Of a stretch of 64,000 nt of DNA, positions 1 to 9,819 are shown piece by piece. The DNA is taken from IMG/VR virus record IMGVR_UViG_3300025280_000022, one strand, 5' to 3'. The translations under genes were made by a program, and so were the position numbers. The first letter of the stretch is position 1; each line of letters starts with the position of its first letter. The notes below the pieces were generated by a model. The model was not told the DNA's origin. It was given only the letters and a program-made list of their open reading frames with translations, and made no database searches. This stretch comes from a virus.

Positions 1-414
1 ATGAAATTAAAAATTAAAAAATTAAGCGATAGGGCCGTGGCCCCTAAATTTGCTAGGGGTGGCGATGCTGGGATGGACTTAATAGCCACATCACTAAAGC
101 AGCGAGCTAATTACCTAGAATACGGCACAGACCTAGCCATGCAAATTGAAAAAGGTTACGCTGGTTTAATTTTTCCTAGGTCAAGTATTTCCCAAACAGG
201 ACATAGATTATTAAATTCCGTTGGCGTAATTGATAGTGGCTACCGAGGAGAGATAAAAGTTCGAATGAGCTGGACAACGGACAATACGTATCAAATTGGA
301 GACAAAGTCGCGCAATTAATTATCACAAAGCTTCCGCGGGTCAATATTATTGAAGTAGATAAATTAGATCTCTCGGACCGAGGCGCAGGAGGTTTCGGTA
401 GTACAGGAAAATAA
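1..414 (+). CDS. dut: dUTPase (trimeric)
   Basis: Motifs AGMDL, PRSS, GVIDSGYRGEIKV, AQL, RGAGGFGSTG. Confidence 0.97.
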   Translation: MKLKIKKLSDRAVAPKFARGGDAGMDLIATSLKQRANYLEYGTDLAMQIEKGYAGLIFPRSSISQTGHRLLNSVGVIDSGYRGEIKVRMSWTTDNTYQIGDKVAQLIITKLPRVNIIEVDKLDLSDRGAGGFGSTGK

Positions 415-416
415 GC

Positions 417-445
417 TTGACAATAGAACGGAAATATCGTATAGT
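417..445 (+). promoter_or_regulatory. sigma70-type promoter, leaderless start
   Basis: TTGACA(417)-17 nt-TATAGT(440); ATG at 452. Confidence 0.75.
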
Positions 446-451
446 ATAGGC

Positions 452-676
452 ATGTTAAATCTATTACTAAATAAATTCCAAAAGAGGTATCTCCTTGTAT
501 ATCGCAAGAGAGATGGAGAGACCAAAAGCTATGAAATCGACCGTCCTCGTTTGAGCGATTCAGTTCCAAATAAGCAAGAGGGGCGCAATAACGTAGGGTT
601 TAAGGCTTATTGTTTTGTGCGGGGCGAAGTTAGAAGCTTTCGTCATGACGGAGTAATTTCTATCACCAAGCTATAA
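452..676 (+). CDS. stand-alone WYL-like domain protein
   Basis: Y-x-K-x-DGE...AYCFVRGEVRSFRHDGV resembles the WYL 'AYC..R...R.FR.D.I' signature. Confidence 0.6.
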   Translation: MLNLLLNKFQKRYLLVYRKRDGETKSYEIDRPRLSDSVPNKQEGRNNVGFKAYCFVRGEVRSFRHDGVISITKL

Positions 677-684
677 GGTAAAAA

Positions 685-1377
685 ATGAAAAGGGTTATCG
701 GGTTAATAACGTTATTTTTTTTAGGAGGCTGCGCCTCAAACACAGTAACGCAGAGCAAGTTTCCCTTTTATGGGCTTGAGCAAACTGCGGAGGAAAAGGT
801 TCTCCCTATAAATAATGCTCGCATCACCCAGCAAGAATTAAATTCTCGGACTTCTACAGTTCCTGCAGAAGCCTTTCATACTGGATTATCCATTGTGGAT
901 TATCTGCACGCAGTAAATTCCGATAAGATTAAAAGGGTGACTCCGCAAGCCCTTTTGCCCAACCCCTTTACAACCTTTACGCTGGGAAAGGGTGATGATA
1001 CTTTGGAGATCAGAACCATCCCCGTAAGGTATCAAGCTTATGACCCCAACTTTCCCAAGGTAAGCCCGTTGTTTGATACGCCCGAAGAAGCGCAAGCGTA
1101 TGCAACGCTTAATAATGGCGATGGATTAGTTGGGCACTCCTATGTGGTAAGAGAGGTTGATTTTAAATATGAAGTGCGCCACAAGAACGGCTCTCGAGAC
1201 GATCAGTTACATACCACGCATTCCCTCGCAGAGGCTCGTAAATATTTAGAAGAATATGAAATAAACCATGTCCCAGCTCCGTTGTCAGACCATCTTTTTA
1301 TATATGAACTCAAGCCAACAGGACAAGTGTTGTATTTTTGGCAAGAGCTGGGAGGTTTAAACGAAAGGCCCTACTGA
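685..1377 (+). CDS. putative lipoprotein (member of a 3-gene family)
   Basis: Signal peptide ending LGGC; C-terminal domain shared with 9819 and 23107. Confidence 0.7.
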   Translation: MKRVIGLITLFFLGGCASNTVTQSKFPFYGLEQTAEEKVLPINNARITQQELNSRTSTVPAEAFHTGLSIVDYLHAVNSDKIKRVTPQALLPNPFTTFTLGKGDDTLEIRTIPVRYQAYDPNFPKVSPLFDTPEEAQAYATLNNGDGLVGHSYVVREVDFKYEVRHKNGSRDDQLHTTHSLAEARKYLEEYEINHVPAPLSDHLFIYELKPTGQVLYFWQELGGLNERPY

Positions 1378-1495
1378 TGATTAAAGAAATAAGCGCCGCC
1401 CTTATGTTGGGAGCCCTATTCGCTCTTATTGGAGCTTTTCTAGAGCACAGGTTTGACCTCATCTTTAATTTTTTAACAAAGTAACCTTAAATATA

Positions 1496-1684
1496 ATGCT
1501 TGAAGTAGTTTTTAGTAGCTTTTGGACGTGGGGAGGCACCTTGATATTGGTGGCGAGCTTTGGCTATTGTCTTTCTCTTCCTTTCTTTTGGCACGCTCGA
1601 GGTCTCGAGCAAAAGCGATTACTAGAAAACGAGGAAGAGGCAAGATTTTATCGGTTTCACACCCAACAACCTCCATTAAATTGA
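1496..1684 (+). CDS. small membrane protein
   Basis: Hydrophobic N-terminus, in co-oriented gene string. Confidence 0.55.
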   Translation: MLEVVFSSFWTWGGTLILVASFGYCLSLPFFWHARGLEQKRLLENEEEARFYRFHTQQPPLN

Positions 1685-1856
1685 GGATTAAATGGTCAAC
1701 CCTTAATAAGAAAGGCAAACTTAATTATATATTTTTTGTGGCAAACCTATCGCTCGCGTTTATGTTTGCACTCCTCGGAGAAAGCATGTGTATTTTGCAC
1801 TCACTAGTGGCGTTTTTATGCTATATATCTTTTAGGTATGCCCCTAATTGTCGAAA

Positions 1857-2048
1857 ATGACAAACGAAGAACAGATGGATGCGCTTTATAATGACATTGC
1901 GAGGGTCTTAATGAGATTTAAACAGGAATTTGACCTTAAAGGCCCCGATATAGTGTGGGTTCTTGAGTGTTTGGTTCATGACGTTTCCGATGTGTGCTTA
2001 GATTTTGAGGCTGACCTCGGAGATGAAGAAGATAAAGAAGATGAGTAG
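1857..2048 (+). CDS. hypothetical acidic protein
   Basis: ATG at 1857; stop overlaps next start. Confidence 0.6.
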   Translation: MTNEEQMDALYNDIARVLMRFKQEFDLKGPDIVWVLECLVHDVSDVCLDFEADLGDEEDKEDE

Positions 2049-2676
2049 AAAACTTCATGCTTTAGGATTGTGCGGTTCCGCAAGGTGCGGTAAGGACTCT
2101 TTTTACTTCATTGCTAAAGAATATTTGTCAAACCTGGGGTATCATCCATACAGAGTGAGCTTTGCTGACGTCCTAAAACAAGATGTTAATGAGTTCTTAT
2201 TAGAGAAAACAGGAATTAATGCCTTCACCGAAGACGCCGAAGAAAAAGAGTTGATTAGAGATTTCTTGGTAGCATATGGAACCAAATTGATGAGAAGGAT
2301 AGATGAAAATTACTGGATTTCTAAAGTAGAAGAGGCGATCCACTTCCCATCGAGGCTCAATACCCTTCCAACTAGCATTCCTATTTTTACAGATGTGAGA
2401 TATTTAAATGAATTAAAATGGGTAAGAGAAGAGAGATCGGGAATTATCGTTCATATTACCCGAACAGGAACGCTTCCCGCTAATGAAGAAGAAAGGAAGA
2501 GCGATCCTCTTTTGCACGCCCATTCGGATCTTCACCTAGAGTGGGGAGATTTTAAAAATAAAATCCCGACTACTGAAGATCATCGTCTCGTAGAACAGCT
2601 TACAGAGAAATGCCTTCATGATTATGATCGACGCGCAGAACACGCCAAAACCATAGCTTACAACAGGAAAATATAA
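2041..2676 (+). CDS. deoxynucleoside monophosphate kinase (T4 gp1-like)
   Basis: P-loop GSARCGKDS, SFADVLK, R..L..YGT, YWI, DVRY.NE; start likely ATG 2041. Confidence 0.8.
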   Translation: MSRKLHALGLCGSARCGKDSFYFIAKEYLSNLGYHPYRVSFADVLKQDVNEFLLEKTGINAFTEDAEEKELIRDFLVAYGTKLMRRIDENYWISKVEEAIHFPSRLNTLPTSIPIFTDVRYLNELKWVREERSGIIVHITRTGTLPANEEERKSDPLLHAHSDLHLEWGDFKNKIPTTEDHRLVEQLTEKCLHDYDRRAEHAKTIAYNRKI

Positions 2677-2945
2677 TGAATTGGCTTTATAATTTCTCGG
2701 AGTTTCTTTTGGTTAATAGGGTCAAAATAGTCAAGCGAGGAATAGTTGCCTGCCTTGCGTTACTGGGATTCTTGATGTTTAATTATTTAGTATTATGAAT
2801 AAAGACAGATGGTATACCAGATGCATCCTTCTGCCCCTAGAGCTTATTATATTCGTAGTGTTAATTCCCGTTTTCTTTGTTTTATTATTATCAGGGGTGG
2901 CGCTATATTTTTATGATAAAAGAAATAAAGGATTAGATAATTAAA

Positions 2946-3200
2946 ATGAGAATAACTAAAGAATTAAAATACGCCACTTTCGAGTGGGACGAAGGCGCCA
3001 AAACTTTTACGGTGACGGATTCTAACAATAACACTATCGAGTTAAATAAAATATACGGCTTTGCGCTAATGAGATTTATTATTAGGATCGCTCAAAAGAA
3101 TTTCTTAAAAAAGCCATTGCCAAAAGAGGTTTTATGTGATATAATAGAAGAAACTGAAGAAGTATATGAAGACCCACGACAGCAGCGCCTTGATTTTTAA
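2946..3200 (+). CDS. hypothetical protein
   Basis: ORF track, plausible composition. Confidence 0.6.
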   Translation: MRITKELKYATFEWDEGAKTFTVTDSNNNTIELNKIYGFALMRFIIRIAQKNFLKKPLPKEVLCDIIEETEEVYEDPRQQRLDF

Positions 3201-3203
3201 TTA

Positions 3204-3404
3204 ATGAAACCAGTCAAACCATTAAAGTCCGTGGTTAATATAGCGCCTAATGCGCTTATTGATCCTCTTGTTAATAAGTGGGTGCTAGAGTGGTGCAAAA
3301 AATACCATCCTGAAGCAGTCGAAGAAGCGCAGAAATTTGTCAAAGAATATTTAGCAAAAATGGAGGCAATAGAACGGGTTCGACCTCGTCAAGGAGGAAT
3401 TTAA
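3204..3404 (+). CDS. hypothetical protein
   Basis: ORF track; ends immediately before tRNA. Confidence 0.6.
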   Translation: MKPVKPLKSVVNIAPNALIDPLVNKWVLEWCKKYHPEAVEEAQKFVKEYLAKMEAIERVRPRQGGI

Positions 3405-3479
3405 AGCAGAGTGGAGCAGAGGCAGCTCGTCAGGCTCATAACCTGAAGGTCGCGGGTTCGATTCCCGCCTCTGCAACCA
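3405..3479 (+). tRNA. tRNA-Met(CAT), initiator-like
   Basis: Cloverleaf with GCAGAG/CTCTGC acceptor, TCAGG-CTCATAA-CCTGA anticodon arm, GGTTCGATTCC, encoded CCA; 1:72 mismatch and A11:U24 are initiator features. Confidence 0.95.
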
Positions 3480-3486
3480 ATTTAAT

Positions 3487-4269
3487 GTGAGAGAAGATCG
3501 TTTAATTCAGCAGTCTAAACCCAGGGAGGATTATTTTAACTCCCCCATTTTTATATTAGGCTTGCCGCGCTCGGGAACCTCTATGATTACGGGGGCGATG
3601 GAGGTTTGCGGAGTGTGGCTGGGGAGCCTTATAGAGGACTTCTTTGAAAACATATTCTTGCGAGAATGCGTAAACAAACCAATATTATCTTATCTGGGCG
3701 TTGATCCTTTAGGGATAAGTAAATTACCCTCGTTGTCCGATGTTCCTGTGGAGATGTTGCCTTGGGTTCTTCAGGGCGCCATTCGAGACCTTATGGCTAT
3801 AAAGAGCCACAATTTTCGTCGTCACCGCATCAATCATCAGATTGGTACGGGTGAGCTAGCTTCTCTTATGCAAGAAATCATTGATCACGATGGTTATAGA
3901 CATGATGGGCCGTGGGCATATAAAGAGACTAAATTAACCCTCTTATGGCCTTTGTATAAGCACACTTTTCCGCATGCTAGGTGGGTGATTGTAAGGCGAG
4001 ACCCTCAAGGCTTTATCGAGTCTTGCCTTCGGGCTCCCTTCATGAACCAACACTCAAAGGATGTTCGTTTCTGGAAGAACGTGGTTAAAGAGTATAATGC
4101 GCGTCTGGACGCCTTGAAAAACTCAGGCGCTCGTGTTTTTGAAATATCCTCCGATGAACTTCCAAAAGGAAATTTTAAAGCTTTTAAAGCGCTAGTGGGA
4201 GATTTGGGGTTAAGCTACAATGAGAAAGAATTGAAGAAGTTTATAGACCCCACTCTTTGGCATAGTTAA
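3487..4269 (+). CDS. sulfotransferase family protein
   Basis: PAPS-binding loop IFILGLPRSGTSM; VIVRRDP. Confidence 0.8.
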   Translation: MREDRLIQQSKPREDYFNSPIFILGLPRSGTSMITGAMEVCGVWLGSLIEDFFENIFLRECVNKPILSYLGVDPLGISKLPSLSDVPVEMLPWVLQGAIRDLMAIKSHNFRRHRINHQIGTGELASLMQEIIDHDGYRHDGPWAYKETKLTLLWPLYKHTFPHARWVIVRRDPQGFIESCLRAPFMNQHSKDVRFWKNVVKEYNARLDALKNSGARVFEISSDELPKGNFKAFKALVGDLGLSYNEKELKKFIDPTLWHS

Positions 4270-4452
4270 TTTGAGCTTGACGAGATAGGAGATTTATAGT
4301 ATAATAAGAGACAGAAATAATTATGGCAAAAAACAAACAACAATTCACATCGCTGATCGAGCAAAAACCTTCCGCCTTTGAACTCCTGTTCAAGCAAAAG
4401 GCTGTGAAGTTCGAGCCTTTTCTGCCGTCGGTCTTACAACAAATAAAGGATT

Positions 4453-4674
4453 ATGAAACTATCCGAAACTCAGATAATTAATTACATCGAATGCTCGCGG
4501 GAACTAGCCGAACTTTCTTCCCTCTTATTGCAACAAGTCACGAATGACAAAAAAAGATTAGGAAATAAGATAGAAGCCCAATCGGCCGAGTCTCTTTATT
4601 GGCTCTGGCTTTTAATCACAGAATACTTTTCCGAAGAAAAAATTAAAAAACATCTAGATAAACATGAAAAATAA
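4453..4674 (+). CDS. hypothetical protein
   Basis: ORF track. Confidence 0.55.
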   Translation: MKLSETQIINYIECSRELAELSSLLLQQVTNDKKRLGNKIEAQSAESLYWLWLLITEYFSEEKIKKHLDKHEK

Positions 4675-4990
4675 AAGATTTTTTTATTGGTGGGATAAGT
4701 GCAAGGCTTTTGTCGGTGGAGGCATCGGCCTTAGGATCTTCAAAAATAAAGCCATAGGACTAGACATAACTTATTCCAAACTTTTTTTTCAATGGGTTCA
4801 TTTTTCTATAGAGTGGACGCGAAAGCAAGATTACGCAGGATTGTGGATTGAGTTTTCTATATTGGCATTAGATTTTCATTTTAAACTGGGCGATACCCGC
4901 CGCTGGGATCATAGAGACGATTGTTGGGAAGAAGAGGCCGTCTTAAAAGAAGAAGAGCAAGCAAAGGCATTTAAATATGAATGGTTTTAG
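4664..4990 (+). CDS. hypothetical protein
   Basis: ORF track, overlaps previous stop. Confidence 0.6.
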   Translation: MKNKRFFYWWDKCKAFVGGGIGLRIFKNKAIGLDITYSKLFFQWVHFSIEWTRKQDYAGLWIEFSILALDFHFKLGDTRRWDHRDDCWEEEAVLKEEEQAKAFKYEWF

Positions 4991-5272
4991 GCTCGGTTTA
5001 TTTTTAAAAGGCCAAATATAGCAAAAATTTTTTAAAAAGAAAATCACCCGCAGTGGACGATAGACAACAGAGATACGCTTCCTCCCAGAAGGGAAAGGAG
5101 GCGCGTAAACGCGCAAATAAAAAATACGACAGCGATAATCTAGCGAAAAGAAGACAACAAAAACGCGATTATATGCGCCGCAGACGAGCACAAGATCCTA
5201 ATTATTGCAAATGGAAATAAGGCTCGGTTTATTTTGGAGAAGGCAAATAAGCGCGGGAGGCTTAAATTCATT

Positions 5273-6100
5273 ATGAGTAAACCGCGCATTAAAATAGCTA
5301 CTGTTTTTTATCAAAAACCTCCGCCCAAAGAGTCATTGCCAAGGATTCTGCGCACCACCCCAAGGGAGCAGGAGGAACCAAAATATAAGCCAGAACACGT
5401 TTACCGAATGTATGAACAAATTCGGCGCAACACCACGAAGGAGTTTGATTTTTACTGCTTAACAAATACCGATAAAATTTCCCACCCTAATATTAAAACC
5501 ATTAAATTGGATGATATGTATAAGGGGTGGTTTGCTAAGATGAGATTATTTGACCCTAAGATATTTGCAAGCGGAAGAATATTTTATATAGACCTTGATA
5601 TGTCTATCCTTAAAAACATAGATGACATTTTAACTTTCAAGGGGGATCTTTGTATGTGCAAAGATGCGCACTATGAAGGAGAATATTGGTCAACTATAAT
5701 GCTATTTGATGCGCCGAAATTCCATTTTATTTATAAGAATTTTATGATACAGCATGATCGGTCACGGTATTATTTGCGTACTCTCGATAGCGGAGAAGAA
5801 GCTGCTCAATTTGGAGACCAAAATTGGATTAATGCGCTGTGCTCCACTAAAACCCCAGTACTTCCGCATACCCGACGTCCTAGCCATCGCAAAACGCAAA
5901 AGATAAAAGGGTTTTTGCCGCACGAAGCACACCCCAAAAAACATTTAATCGTAGATTTGCCATCGCAATGGTTTCCCCCTGCTAAAAAGTGGATAAATGA
6001 CCATTGGGAATTAGTTAATCTTGATGATCTTGCGCCAGAAGCTAAAATTCTAGTTTATCACGGTGATCCTGCTCCGTGGGAAAGGGAAAAATATAAATGA
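5273..6100 (+). CDS. glycosyltransferase (GT-A fold, GT8-like)
   Basis: GWFAKMRLF, DxD motif YIDLD, GDQNWI, ILVYHGDPAPW; start likely ATG 5273. Confidence 0.85.
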   Translation: MSKPRIKIATVFYQKPPPKESLPRILRTTPREQEEPKYKPEHVYRMYEQIRRNTTKEFDFYCLTNTDKISHPNIKTIKLDDMYKGWFAKMRLFDPKIFASGRIFYIDLDMSILKNIDDILTFKGDLCMCKDAHYEGEYWSTIMLFDAPKFHFIYKNFMIQHDRSRYYLRTLDSGEEAAQFGDQNWINALCSTKTPVLPHTRRPSHRKTQKIKGFLPHEAHPKKHLIVDLPSQWFPPAKKWINDHWELVNLDDLAPEAKILVYHGDPAPWEREKYK

Positions 6101-6789
6101 AAATTGTAATTTGCGGATTTTCCCGATCAGGAAGCACATTGTTCTTGCAAATGCTCAACACCTCGGTTTCAAACTTTAAGGTAAGGGAGTTTGAGGGGAG
6201 CTATAAAAATACCCCTGAAGACAATGTTATCACCAAAAGACCTAATGACATTGAATTTTTGCCCGAAATGTTAAATGATCCAAATATTCAACCTATAATT
6301 ATTGTGCGTGACCCAAGGGCAATTTTAACATCATTTCACGCAAGCGTTCCCTATAATTATTTTTGTAGCTATCATAAGATTTATTTTGTTCCCCCAAACG
6401 GATCACCTCCTTATCAGATCTCCACATATAGCCTTTCCTATGTCTATAACATCATAAATAAATATAAAGATGATAAACGAATTATCCTCATACGATACGA
6501 AGACTTAATAGAAGACCCTCCTAGAATCCAAGAGTTTTTAGGGGACAAATTAGGTTTAGAATATAAAGATGATTTCGCAAATTTCCACAAGCATAATTTA
6601 AAAAATATACGCGCGCTAAATGGCGTCCGAGCCGTAGATCTCTCGCGCAAAGATAGATGGAAGCGCCCCGATCATCATCAACGCATAATTGGGCAATTCA
6701 CTAAATTCCCTCATCTTTTTGACATATTAATAGAACTAGGATATGAAAAAAATAAAAAATGGTTCAAGAAATACAAGACGGCTATTTAA
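6097..6789 (+). CDS. sulfotransferase family protein
   Basis: ICGFSRSGSTL, IVRDPRAILTS, IRYEDL. Confidence 0.85.
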   Translation: MKIVICGFSRSGSTLFLQMLNTSVSNFKVREFEGSYKNTPEDNVITKRPNDIEFLPEMLNDPNIQPIIIVRDPRAILTSFHASVPYNYFCSYHKIYFVPPNGSPPYQISTYSLSYVYNIINKYKDDKRIILIRYEDLIEDPPRIQEFLGDKLGLEYKDDFANFHKHNLKNIRALNGVRAVDLSRKDRWKRPDHHQRIIGQFTKFPHLFDILIELGYEKNKKWFKKYKTAI

Positions 6790-6844
6790 ATAAAGGCTCG
6801 GTTTATTTTAGAGAGGCCAAATAAATGCCTAACGCAATATATTT

Positions 6845-7006
6845 ATGAAAGACTGCAACTCAAATAAATGTCCGACATCTCAAAACGGAAAAGGCTCAAA
6901 GAGCCGAACCGACAGCTTCAGCCAATTCCAAAAAAACTACGATAAAATTAAATGGCAACACCCAAGCGGAGAATTATTAAATACCGAGACACGGAAGCAA
7001 GAATAG
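6845..7006 (+). CDS. small hypothetical protein (NGKGSK..NYDKI.W)
   Basis: 53-aa ORF read by eye; NYDKI.W shared with ORF at 10802. Confidence 0.55.
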   Translation: MKDCNSNKCPTSQNGKGSKSRTDSFSQFQKNYDKIKWQHPSGELLNTETRKQE

Positions 7007-7150
7007 TTTTATCACTTTTTCTTTTCGGCTTCTTTGTGTCGTTAGCGGTAGCAGTCGGATCTGTCTTTGCGCTGACGCTATCAGTCGCTCGTCTGATATT
7101 TTTTTAATTTAGACTTGACTTTTTTAATAATGTCATTTAAATTAGATGGC

Positions 7151-7378
7151 ATGGTTAATAAAAAAAGAGGACGACCCAAGGGAAAGAAGAATTCCCCCAA
7201 GTCCACGCTTATTCCCCTATCTATATTAAAGATGCTGGTGAGGGACAATGAGCTTGTGGAGGTATCGTTGGATTGGCTATCCTCCGCACAACCAATTAAA
7301 AAAACACAGCCTCAAGTCAGTCAGGCAAAGCAACCAGAAGAAAAAATAGAATATAAAATTACGGAGTTCAAACAATGA
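7151..7378 (+). CDS. small basic protein with AT-hook-like motif
   Basis: KRGRPKG; TTGACT(7115)-17-TAAATT promoter points to leaderless ATG 7151. Confidence 0.65.
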   Translation: MVNKKRGRPKGKKNSPKSTLIPLSILKMLVRDNELVEVSLDWLSSAQPIKKTQPQVSQAKQPEEKIEYKITEFKQ

Positions 7379-8307
7379 GTGATGACATTTTTAAAGGTTT
7401 AGTTGGACAAGACAACGTAAAGAAGAAGCTCAAGTTTTACTTGAAGGCTTTTAATAAGACAAGTATTTGTCCTTTTTTAAATTTCGTTGGGGCGAAGGGA
7501 TTAGGCAAGACCGAATTTGCCAAAGCCTTTGCCTCTAACTTAACAAATACGGATGGAAGTCAAAGGCCGTTATTGGAAATTAATTGTTCTACAATTAAAA
7601 ATAATGAATCGTTCTTTACTGAAATATTCCTACCTATTATTTCAAATAATGAATTAACTGTTCTCTTGGATGAGGCACACGCCTTACCCAAAGACCTGAC
7701 GATGGCGTTCCTTACTATTTTTAATACAGAGCGCACACATCTTAAAGAGTTCACTTGGCAAGAGCAGGTATTTACATTTGATTTTTCCAAGCAGACATTT
7801 TTATTTGCTACAACTGAAAGCGATAAGTTGTTTCCTCCATTAAAGGATAGGCTTACAACTATTGACTTTGAGGCGTATGAATATGATGAACTGGGCAAAA
7901 TAATAGAACTAAACATTCCAGATGTAAATATAACGCCCGATGCCTTAAAGGAAGTCTCTAAAACTACGAGGGGCAATGCGAGAAGCTGTGTGATGAGAGC
8001 AAAAGAAATAATGCTTTTTTGTGAGGCAGAAATGAACCCCATCTTTGACTTGACTGCATGGAAAAAGTTTTGTGACACCTTGGGAATTTTGCCCTATGGA
8101 ATCACTTGCACCGAAAAGGAATTGCTCGAAATATTAAATGCAAGAGGATGTTGCACCTTGGCAATGTTGTCGGCTGTAACTGGATTGAGCAGGACTGCGC
8201 TCCAGCGTGACCATGAGATGTATTTGCTCAAGAAAAACTTCATGGAGATTGACGGCAAAAGAAAAATTACCCAAGTTGGACAAAAAGTCTTGACATCTGT
8301 GGAATAA
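7375..8307 (+). CDS. ruvB: RuvB-like AAA+ ATPase
   Basis: LVGQDNVK, Walker A GAKGLGKT, Walker B LLDEAH, FATT, PLKDR, RGNAR, C-terminal E.YLL...F.EI..KRKIT..G winged helix. Confidence 0.85.
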   Translation: MSDDIFKGLVGQDNVKKKLKFYLKAFNKTSICPFLNFVGAKGLGKTEFAKAFASNLTNTDGSQRPLLEINCSTIKNNESFFTEIFLPIISNNELTVLLDEAHALPKDLTMAFLTIFNTERTHLKEFTWQEQVFTFDFSKQTFLFATTESDKLFPPLKDRLTTIDFEAYEYDELGKIIELNIPDVNITPDALKEVSKTTRGNARSCVMRAKEIMLFCEAEMNPIFDLTAWKKFCDTLGILPYGITCTEKELLEILNARGCCTLAMLSAVTGLSRTALQRDHEMYLLKKNFMEIDGKRKITQVGQKVLTSVE

Positions 8308-8335
8308 TCTATTTAATGGAGAGTAAGAATTAGAA

Positions 8336-8533
8336 ATGAAAAAGCACAAGATAGAAATAAAACCCTCGTATCCTCGATGTGAGCATCCAGAAAATAAATC
8401 TAGTTACAATATAGAGTGTTGGGACGTTTACATGGATGGGACGCTTCATTTTTCAACAACCCTCGACAGAGAATACTTGGAGAAATATACCATTCCCGAA
8501 TGGTTGAGACACCTAGAAGAAGATAAGGCATGA
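8336..8533 (+). CDS. hypothetical protein
   Basis: ORF track. Confidence 0.55.
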   Translation: MKKHKIEIKPSYPRCEHPENKSSYNIECWDVYMDGTLHFSTTLDREYLEKYTIPEWLRHLEEDKA

Positions 8534-8681
8534 ATAAATACAAAGTAGCTAGGAGTTATATACTCTCCAAGGAAGGGAGCAAACGAGTCTTCTCTTTTCT
8601 GCGACTTCCCGAACTCAAGTTTTTAAAGACTTGTGCGTTTATTGCAAGTATGTTGTTTTAATAAAAATATAACTATTAATT

Positions 8682-8906
8682 ATGATGAATAAATACAAAG
8701 TAGCAGTATGGGAAGAAATGAGTGGCTTCATCAATGTAGAGGCAACATCACAAGAAGAGGCTCAAGAACTTGCAGAAGAACTGATTAGTGAAAATGGAGT
8801 GGAAGCCTTGTTTTATGGAGAAAGGGATGTGCTTTACCCTAAAGCAGTCCTTGGGACATCGCACACGCATGGCAGTAGAGAAGTTTTAAGCGTGGAAAAA
8901 ATTTAA
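8682..8906 (+). CDS. small protein, 'V.VEA.S.EEA' family
   Basis: Similar to ORF 10284. Confidence 0.6.
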   Translation: MMNKYKVAVWEEMSGFINVEATSQEEAQELAEELISENGVEALFYGERDVLYPKAVLGTSHTHGSREVLSVEKI

Positions 8907-9131
8907 TGAGTTACCATAGGGACTACCATCAATTTGACTTTGGCGACCATCACCTAGATGAGATGTATCCCCCGACTGATTTAGACCTAGAAATAGCACG
9001 AACTTATGGAAAATGTTTACAGAAATGCGAAGAAATAATAGAGGAATTAGATGACAAAGAAAGAGTTACAAGATAAATGGTATGACCTTTATTGCGCTGA
9101 AAATGTAGCAAAGTGGGAGAAAAATAAAAAA

Positions 9132-9332
9132 ATGAGCAAATATACAAGAGAAGAAATAGACGAGATGAAAGAACTCCTTTCAGAATCCGAATGGGAGGGC
9201 TTAAAAGATAGAGAATTAAGAGAAATCCTATGGGATGGTTGTATCGGATGGGCAAACGTGGAAGATGCAGATGTAATTGAAATGTATGAGGAGAATTATG
9301 GATTTGCTCCAGACAATGGATTTAATAAATAA
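9132..9332 (+). CDS. hypothetical acidic protein
   Basis: ORF track 9051-9332; start uncertain. Confidence 0.5.
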   Translation: MSKYTREEIDEMKELLSESEWEGLKDRELREILWDGCIGWANVEDADVIEMYEENYGFAPDNGFNK

Positions 9333-9514
9333 TGAACAACATATTTGATAGAATTATTGACATTGAGAAAGATCTCAATGATCTCATTGGCGACATTGAG
9401 ACTCAAGCCGAGCGTTGTGAGCTTAATGAAGGCGCAATTTTAGAAAAACTAAAAAGTGCAAGCGTAAATATTAGCCATGTATATAAATTAAACAAAGCAA
9501 ACTTTAATGAGTAA
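9332..9514 (+). CDS. hypothetical protein
   Basis: TAATG overlap with previous gene. Confidence 0.6.
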   Translation: MNNIFDRIIDIEKDLNDLIGDIETQAERCELNEGAILEKLKSASVNISHVYKLNKANFNE

Positions 9515-9618
9515 AAAAGTTACCATCCATTGGAACATTGACGGCCACGTAAAGGGTCATGGCTCTCCAACATCAATAGAGGTAGCCCTTGCTTGGATCG
9601 TGAAAATGAATAAAAAAT

Positions 9619-9819
9619 ATGGAGAAGGAACGCATTGGTATGAGTGAATATATGCCCATCATGGAAGTGCTTGAGAAAGTGCGAGAGGGTTGCGAGAGAT
9701 ATATGCATCGCATAGATGAAGAAGGTCAATGTGCAGAAGCAGATGATTATGTAGTTGCATTATTTCATTTTGAGGATTATATAGAATGGGTCAAATGGAA
9801 ACAGGGGAGAAATAAATAA
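9619..9819 (+). CDS. hypothetical protein
   Basis: ORF track. Confidence 0.5.
   Translation: MEKERIGMSEYMPIMEVLEKVREGCERYMHRIDEEGQCAEADDYVVALFHFEDYIEWVKWKQGRNK

Larger units (their letters stand above)
4989..6824 (+). repeat. three copies of a ~30-bp direct repeat AGGCTCGGTTTATTTTnnnnnGGC(C)AAATA
   Basis: Copies at 4989-5018, 5220-5250, 6794-6824. Confidence 0.85.

Noticed and set aside
8530-8704. 20-bp duplication ATGAATAAATACAAAGTAGC at 8530 and 8685
   Set aside because: Most simply a duplicated gene start; only two copies and no further structure.
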